Positions 46,076-51,040 of a DNA stretch of 51,040 nt are shown in pieces (position 1 is the stretch's first letter; every line of letters begins with the position of its first letter). The stretch is from an uncultured Dehalococcoidales bacterium (GTDB lineage: Bacteria; Chloroflexota; Dehalococcoidia; Dehalococcoidales; E44-bin46). The stretch is from the NCBI GenBank assembly GCA_964354655.1, contig CAYHAL010000006.1, positions 1 through 51,040 on the forward strand, given 5' to 3'. A model generated the notes under the pieces. It saw nothing but the letters and a program-made list of their open reading frames with translations. It ran no database searches and was not told where the DNA came from. Both the position numbers and the translations under genes were made by a program.

Positions 46076-46780
46076 ATGGAGGCAAGGATGACCAAGAAGT
46101 CATTTACTATTCACGATTTGCCTATCTCTGAGCGACCGAGGGAAAGGTTGCAAAAATTTGGCGTCGAAGCCCTATCGGCTCAGGAGATTTTAGCCCTGAT
46201 TCTGGGTCGTGGTATCGCCGGTGAATCGGTAATGGTAACCGCCCAAAGGCTGCTATCTCGGTTTGGCAGTCTTAAAGGCATTGCTAATGCCTCAGTGGAG
46301 GAACTGTCCCAGGTAAAGGGAATAGGTATTGCCAAGGCATCTCAGATTAAGGCTGCTTTTGAGTTGGCTAACCGGTTAGAGGGCTATTTGGAAGCTGGTA
46401 GCAAGCCAGTAGTCAAGACGCCCGATGATGTAGTCGGCTTGGTCAGGGGCAGACTAAAGGCTAAAAAGAAGGAGCACTTTCTGGCACTCTTGCTGGATAC
46501 CAGAAATCAGCTAATAAAGGTGGCGGAAATTTCAGTTGGTAGCCTGGATGGTAGCATTGTTCACCCCAGGGAGGTATTCAAGGAGGCAATATCGGCTACT
46601 GCCGCCTCGGTTGTCTTCGCCCACAACCACCCCTCGGGCGACCCCACCGCCTCGGAAGATGATATAAGGTTGACCAAAAGGCTCGCCGAGGCAGGGGAGA
46701 TTGTAGGTATAGATGTCCTAGACCATATCATTATCGGCGATAAAAACTTTTTGAGTCTGAAACGGGAAGGATTGTTTTAA
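46076..46780 (+). CDS. radC: RadC/JAB domain protein (start may be 46088)
   Basis: ERPRERL, VHPREVFKEA, AHNHPSGDPTASEDD, DHIIIG. Confidence 0.96.
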   Translation: MEARMTKKSFTIHDLPISERPRERLQKFGVEALSAQEILALILGRGIAGESVMVTAQRLLSRFGSLKGIANASVEELSQVKGIGIAKASQIKAAFELANRLEGYLEAGSKPVVKTPDDVVGLVRGRLKAKKKEHFLALLLDTRNQLIKVAEISVGSLDGSIVHPREVFKEAISATAASVVFAHNHPSGDPTASEDDIRLTKRLAEAGEIVGIDVLDHIIIGDKNFLSLKREGLF

Positions 46781-46800
46781 ATCTGTCACAGAGCCAAGCG

Positions 46801-48396
46801 ATGAAGAGGATATTGTATATACTTCTTTCGGCGGTCTTATTATGTAGCCTGCTTATTGTTGGCTGCCAGCCCAAGCAGCAAATAGCGCCAACGCCGCCTG
46901 GTGAAGAAAAGGTTCTCACCCTCTATGACATTGACCCGCTAACCCTTGACCCGGCGGTTTCCAGTGAAATGATTTCTCATCAATATATAGTGCAGCTATT
47001 CAGTGGCTTGGTTCGCCTTGATGATAACCTGGAGCCGGCTCCTGATATCGCCCAGGATTGGAAGGTTAGCGATGATGGACGAACCTATACCTTTTATCTC
47101 CGACATGATGTCAGGTTCGACGATGGCAGGGAGGTCAAAGCCGAGGATTTTAAGTACTCCTGGGAGCGGGCTTGCGACCCGGCTACCGGGTCTAACACCG
47201 CAGCCACCTATCTGGGGGATATTATCGGCGTTAAAGAAGCATTAGCCGGTGAGACTAAAGAAATTAGCGGGGTCAGGGTTATTGATGATTATACCCTGCA
47301 GGTAACTATTGATGCGCCTAAGTCCTATTTCTTGTCCAAGCTGACCTATCCTACCTCCTTTGTCGTTGATAGGGCTAATGTAGCCTCGGGGCGGGACTGG
47401 TGGCACAGCCCAAATGGCACCGGTCCGTTTAAGCTCAAGCAGTGGGAGGAAAACAGCTTACTTGTTCTGGAGAGGAATGACCTTTACTATGGAGAGGTGG
47501 CTAAGGTTGATTTGGTTAATTTTCAATTGTGGGGTGGGGTGCCCATGAATATGTATGAGACAGGCGAAATCGATGTCACCAGTGTCTCGGTCGATTATAT
47601 TGACAAGGTTACCGATGAGCGGGGCTCATTTTACCACGATTTAGCCATCGTCCCTGAGCTTAGCTTCTACTATATTGGCTTTAATACCACTAAACCGCCG
47701 TTTGACGATGTTAACATCCGCCGTGCCTTCTCTCAGGCTATTGATAAAGATAAACTGGTTTCTTTAGTGTTTAGAGGTACAGTGCAGTCAGCGGGTGGCA
47801 TCTTACCGCCGGGTATGCCGGGCTATAATCAAAATTTATCAGGGCTGAATTTTGACGTAACAAAGGCAAAGGAGTTAATTGCCAACTCTCGGTATGGTGA
47901 TGTATCTAATCTGCCGCCGATTACTATTACCACCGCTGGCTGGGGAGGGGCAATAACGTCAGAGCTGGAGGCTATTATCTATGAGTGGCGAAACAACCTG
48001 GGTGTGGAAGTCGAGGTAAGGCAGCTAGAGCCAGAAAGGTTCCTTTATTACCTCATGGAGGAGAAGGACGAGATGTTTGATATGGGTTGGATTGCTGACT
48101 ACCCCCACCCCCAGGATTTTCTGGATGTTTTATTTCATAGTGGTACCGAGAACAACTATGGCGAATATAGTAACCCTGAGGTAGATGCTTTACTGGGTAG
48201 GGCGAATGTAGAGCCAGATAAAGAGGCGGGTCTGGGCTTATATCAGCAGGCTGAGCAACTACTGGTTGAAGATGCTGCCTGTCTACCTTTGTGGTTTGGC
48301 AAAAATTATGTTTTGGTCAAGCCCTATGTTAGCGGCTATAAGCTGACTCCGATGGGCTTTGCCATGTTAAATACCGTCTCCGTTGAGCCCCACTAG
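46801..48396 (+). CDS. Peptide ABC transporter substrate-binding lipoprotein (family 5)
   Basis: Lipobox IVGC; TLDPA, DGRTYTFYLR, GTGPFKL, PFDDVNIRRA, GWIADYPHP. Confidence 0.95.
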   Translation: MKRILYILLSAVLLCSLLIVGCQPKQQIAPTPPGEEKVLTLYDIDPLTLDPAVSSEMISHQYIVQLFSGLVRLDDNLEPAPDIAQDWKVSDDGRTYTFYLRHDVRFDDGREVKAEDFKYSWERACDPATGSNTAATYLGDIIGVKEALAGETKEISGVRVIDDYTLQVTIDAPKSYFLSKLTYPTSFVVDRANVASGRDWWHSPNGTGPFKLKQWEENSLLVLERNDLYYGEVAKVDLVNFQLWGGVPMNMYETGEIDVTSVSVDYIDKVTDERGSFYHDLAIVPELSFYYIGFNTTKPPFDDVNIRRAFSQAIDKDKLVSLVFRGTVQSAGGILPPGMPGYNQNLSGLNFDVTKAKELIANSRYGDVSNLPPITITTAGWGGAITSELEAIIYEWRNNLGVEVEVRQLEPERFLYYLMEEKDEMFDMGWIADYPHPQDFLDVLFHSGTENNYGEYSNPEVDALLGRANVEPDKEAGLGLYQQAEQLLVEDAACLPLWFGKNYVLVKPYVSGYKLTPMGFAMLNTVSVEPH

Positions 48397-48486
48397 TGGC
48401 GGAGGGGGTGGGATTCGAACCCACGGTCCCCAAAAGGGAACAGCGGTTTTCAAGACCGCCTCCTTAGACCACTCGGACACCCCTCC
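48397..48486 (-). tRNA. tRNA-Ser(TGA)
   Basis: GGAGGGGTGTCCGAGTGGTCTAAGGAGGCGGTCT-TGA-AAACCGC, long variable arm, GTGGGTTCGAATCCCACCCCCTCCGCCA with encoded CCA. Confidence 0.97.
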
Positions 48487-48588
48487 ACATTTGGTATTAT
48501 ACTGAGAAGTTAGACAAATTTCTATGTAAAAATGATTAGAAGTTAGGAGTTTAATCCTTCTCTAAGATAAGAGGAACTTCTGTGCGAG

Positions 48589-49263
48589 TCAAATACTCAA
48601 TTCAGAGTACAATTTCTCTAGGAATATTCTCATTCTTTCTAACGATTGCTCGCAATATGTTATAATTTCTATGTCTGTCCTTCCTTGTGAGGGGTCTTCA
48701 GGGTCTTTGAATAGATATGTTTTTCCGTCTTTCCATTCATATTTCTCGCTTGGAATATCAATCCTTTTCACTCCAGTTGAGTCTATCTGAAACTGAGGTT
48801 TTTCACTTTTCTTCACGATGAAGGTAGGTCCCTCTGTGATATGCCAATAGCGCAGTAGCTCTCGATGCGTTGCTGAATTACGATAGTTATTAAGTCTCCA
48901 AAGCCACGAATCTTGGTCATCTCGCAACTTTTGCTCAGGTCGCAAATTCTTGACATCCAGTAATTTGTTGATTTGTCTTACCACTTTTGCAGTATCATTG
49001 AGTCTGTGTTTTTCTAATTCCTTAATTAATCGCTTTCTCTCAGTGGCTTTTACCTTGGGTATCCCATATTGGTTAATTATCCCCTGCAAAAAGAAGTCTT
49101 TCGCAGAAACGATTTCAAAGAAGAATCCGTCCAGATTGGCTGCCATCTCTTGCTGCTTATCTGCCTTGATTTTGTGAAAACCACCAGCGTCTGCTGCCAG
49201 AGTTTTGAGGTTCTCAAGAAAATAGCCTGCCCTTTCCAGTTTTTCATTTACTCCTTTGAACAT
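48589..49263 (-). CDS. Putative HEPN-domain (Cthe_2314-like) protein
   Basis: Helical protein with LDGFFFEIVSAKDFFLQGI and YRNSATH (Rx4H, 48865-48882); AT-richer than serS. Confidence 0.65.
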   Translation of the reverse strand: MFKGVNEKLERAGYFLENLKTLAADAGGFHKIKADKQQEMAANLDGFFFEIVSAKDFFLQGIINQYGIPKVKATERKRLIKELEKHRLNDTAKVVRQINKLLDVKNLRPEQKLRDDQDSWLWRLNNYRNSATHRELLRYWHITEGPTFIVKKSEKPQFQIDSTGVKRIDIPSEKYEWKDGKTYLFKDPEDPSQGRTDIEIITYCEQSLERMRIFLEKLYSELSI

Positions 49264-49284
49264 GGGAACTCCGCTAGTCTTTCT

Positions 49285-50526
49285 TTACCTAATCACCTTC
49301 TCCCCAACATAGGGCTGGAGGGCTTCGGGGATAATTATGCTGCCGTCGGGTTGCTGGTAGTTCTCCATTATGGCAATCATGACTCGGGGCAGGGCTAGCC
49401 CTGAGCCGTTAAGAGTGTGGACAAACTGGGGTTTCTCCTCGGGGGAGGGGCGGTAGCGGATATTAGCCCGCCGGGCTTGAAAATCACCGCAGTTGGAGCA
49501 GGAAGATACCTCTAACCACTCTTCACAGCCAGGCGCCCACATCTCAATGTCATAGGATTTAGTTGAGGCAAAGCCTAGCTCAGCAGTGCACAGCTGCTTA
49601 ACCCGGTAGGGCACTCCCAGCCTCTGGCAGACCTCTTCAGCGTCATTGACCAGTTTCTCCAGCTCCTGGTTAGAGGTGGCTGGCTCAGTGAATTTGTATA
49701 ACTCTACCTTATCAAACTGGTGTCCCCGCTTTATCCCTCGGGTGTCCTTGCCCGCCGACATCTTCTCCCGACGAAAACAGGCAGTGTAGGCGACGTAATA
49801 GATGGGTAAGGTTCCCAGCGATAGGATTTCATCTCGGTGGAGACCGGTAAGGGGCACCTCAGCCGTAGGCACAAACCAAAGGTCGTCCTCTTCGTCGTGG
49901 TACAGGTTATCGGCAAATTTAGGCAGGTTACCACTGCCTGCCATACATTCCCGCTTGACCATAAACGGGGGATATACCTCTTGGTAGCCGTGCTCGGTGG
50001 TGTGGAGGTCGAGCATAAAGGTGATGAGAGTTCTCTGAAGTCGGGCGCCTGTCCCTTTGAGCACATAAAAGCGGGTGCCTGATAGCTTCACCCCTCTTTC
50101 AAAGTCAATGATGCCTAGAGTCTCTCCCAGTTTCCAGTGGGGCTTAGGCTCAAAATCAAAGCTCTTCGGCTCCCCCCAGGAGCGCACCACCACATTATCC
50201 TCTTCACCCCTACCCACTGGAACTGTGGGCTGGGGGATATTGGGCACCTGCATCAGCAGCCCTTCCAGTTGCCAGTCAATACTTCTGAGTTCCTCCTCGA
50301 GGGCTTTTATTTGATTGCGTATATCTATTCCCCTAGATCCATCACCCTTTCCTTTTTCCTTGGCTATTTCTTTACGAAAGTGCCTAAGCTTTTCAAGATT
50401 TGATAGCTCATTACGGCGTAAAGCATCAAGCTCCAGGATTTCGTCTAGCGGGGCTGTGTCGTGACGCTTGGCTACTGCCTCCCGCACTAGGTCTATATTT
50501 TCACGGACAAACCTCAGGTCAAGCAT
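49285..50526 (-). CDS. serS: Seryl-tRNA synthetase
   Basis: VPTAEVPL, CFRREKMSAGKDTRGIKRGHQFDKVE, EVSSCSNC, HTLNGSGLA. Confidence 0.98.
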   Translation of the reverse strand: MLDLRFVRENIDLVREAVAKRHDTAPLDEILELDALRRNELSNLEKLRHFRKEIAKEKGKGDGSRGIDIRNQIKALEEELRSIDWQLEGLLMQVPNIPQPTVPVGRGEEDNVVVRSWGEPKSFDFEPKPHWKLGETLGIIDFERGVKLSGTRFYVLKGTGARLQRTLITFMLDLHTTEHGYQEVYPPFMVKRECMAGSGNLPKFADNLYHDEEDDLWFVPTAEVPLTGLHRDEILSLGTLPIYYVAYTACFRREKMSAGKDTRGIKRGHQFDKVELYKFTEPATSNQELEKLVNDAEEVCQRLGVPYRVKQLCTAELGFASTKSYDIEMWAPGCEEWLEVSSCSNCGDFQARRANIRYRPSPEEKPQFVHTLNGSGLALPRVMIAIMENYQQPDGSIIIPEALQPYVGEKVIR

Positions 50527-50539
50527 AGATTATTTATTA

Positions 50540-50621
50540 ACCCTCCCCCTTTATCCCCCTCCCTTATTAAGGGAGGGGGAATTGGTTATATAAGAGAGGC
50601 TTCGCCTCTCTTTAACTCTCC
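50540..50621. repeat. REP-like repeat, half copy (copy 5)
   Basis: ACCCTCCCCCTTTATCCCCCTCCCTTattAAGGGAGGGGGA...AAGAGAGGCTTCGCCTCTCTT. Confidence 0.9.
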
Positions 50622-50684
50622 GTAGTATTTATCCTTCAAACCTCCCTTGACGCTCTGTGAAAAGTTGGCATCTATCTGAGTGCG

Positions 50685-50948
50685 TTACTTTGGAACAATT
50701 TCCTCATGGCCTATTATGTTGCCCGTGTCTGGATCCACTTGGTATCGAAAGTTTCGCGTCTCCTTATGGTGCTTCCCCGTTTTTCGTATAAGGGTGCCTT
50801 CTACATCCCAGAATTCTTGTCTTCCAGCGGCCGAATACCAGCATTTACGGAAGACCAGGCTTTTAATCTTGTCACCATACTCAGTTTCCAGTGCTCTTCT
50901 CACCACCGTCTCAGCTACCGAGGCGTCTGCTATTTTCTTTTCTGCCAT
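50685..50948 (-). CDS. Small hypothetical protein
   Basis: 87 aa with GGAGGGG RBS; FRYQVDPDTGNIIG resembles PepSY-like ends. Confidence 0.75.
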   Translation of the reverse strand: MAEKKIADASVAETVVRRALETEYGDKIKSLVFRKCWYSAAGRQEFWDVEGTLIRKTGKHHKETRNFRYQVDPDTGNIIGHEEIVPK

Positions 50949-50979
50949 TTTCCCCTCCTGAGTTCCTTCTGTGCTCTCC

Positions 50980-51040
50980 TTATGGTTTCTCCTTGAGCTG
51001 GGGGAAGAGGATTACCTGGCGGATTGATGGCTGACCGGTG
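50980..51040 (-). CDS. lysS: 3' end of class II lysyl-tRNA synthetase (partial)
   Basis: Hand translation TGQPSIRQVILFPQLKEKP* resembles the LysS C-terminal SIRDVILFP motif; only 19 residues are visible. Confidence 0.7.
   Translation of the reverse strand, partial: TGQPSIRQVILFPQLKEKP

Noticed and set aside
46076-48486. radC or tRNA-Ser as integration sites
   Set aside because: Both are intact, with no duplicated 3' fragment or adjacent integrase seen.

Overview
Bacterial chromosomal window, most consistent with a Chloroflexota/Dehalococcoidia-type genome. This is an inference from gene content and order (ppsA-dgt-dnaG-rpoD, rpsP-khpA-rimM, prfB-peptidase MA-radC), not a database result. 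The right part (~21.9-51 kb) is mostly core genome: a DUF2088/LarA-like gene, uvrA, sbcC, rpoD, dnaG, dGTPase, ppsA, rimM, rpsP, nfi, prfB with its +1 frameshift, radC, a peptide-binding protein, tRNA-Ser(TGA), serS and the 3' end of lysS. It is punctuated by five copies of a multi-hairpin REP-like repeat and two apparent insertions (a surface-anchored caspase-like protease and a HEPN-motif gene). The left ~21.8 kb looks like a genomic island. A large serine recombinase gene runs across a junction into the truncated 5' end of comM on the opposite strand. The cargo includes an XRE regulator module, a ComEC-like MBL lipoprotein, a DUF429 nuclease, a TIR-STAND-TPR (Avs/NLR-like) protein, a type I R-M system and a large secreted HExxH metalloprotease missed by the ORF track because it runs off the window edge. 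The most novel-looking observation is a small secreted gene upstream of that protease. It is a stand-alone copy of the protease's own pro-domain (32/63 identical, ungapped) with the putative zinc-blocking Cys (KCATP) replaced by Asp (KDATP), suggesting a protease plus free pro-domain inhibitor/chaperone pair.
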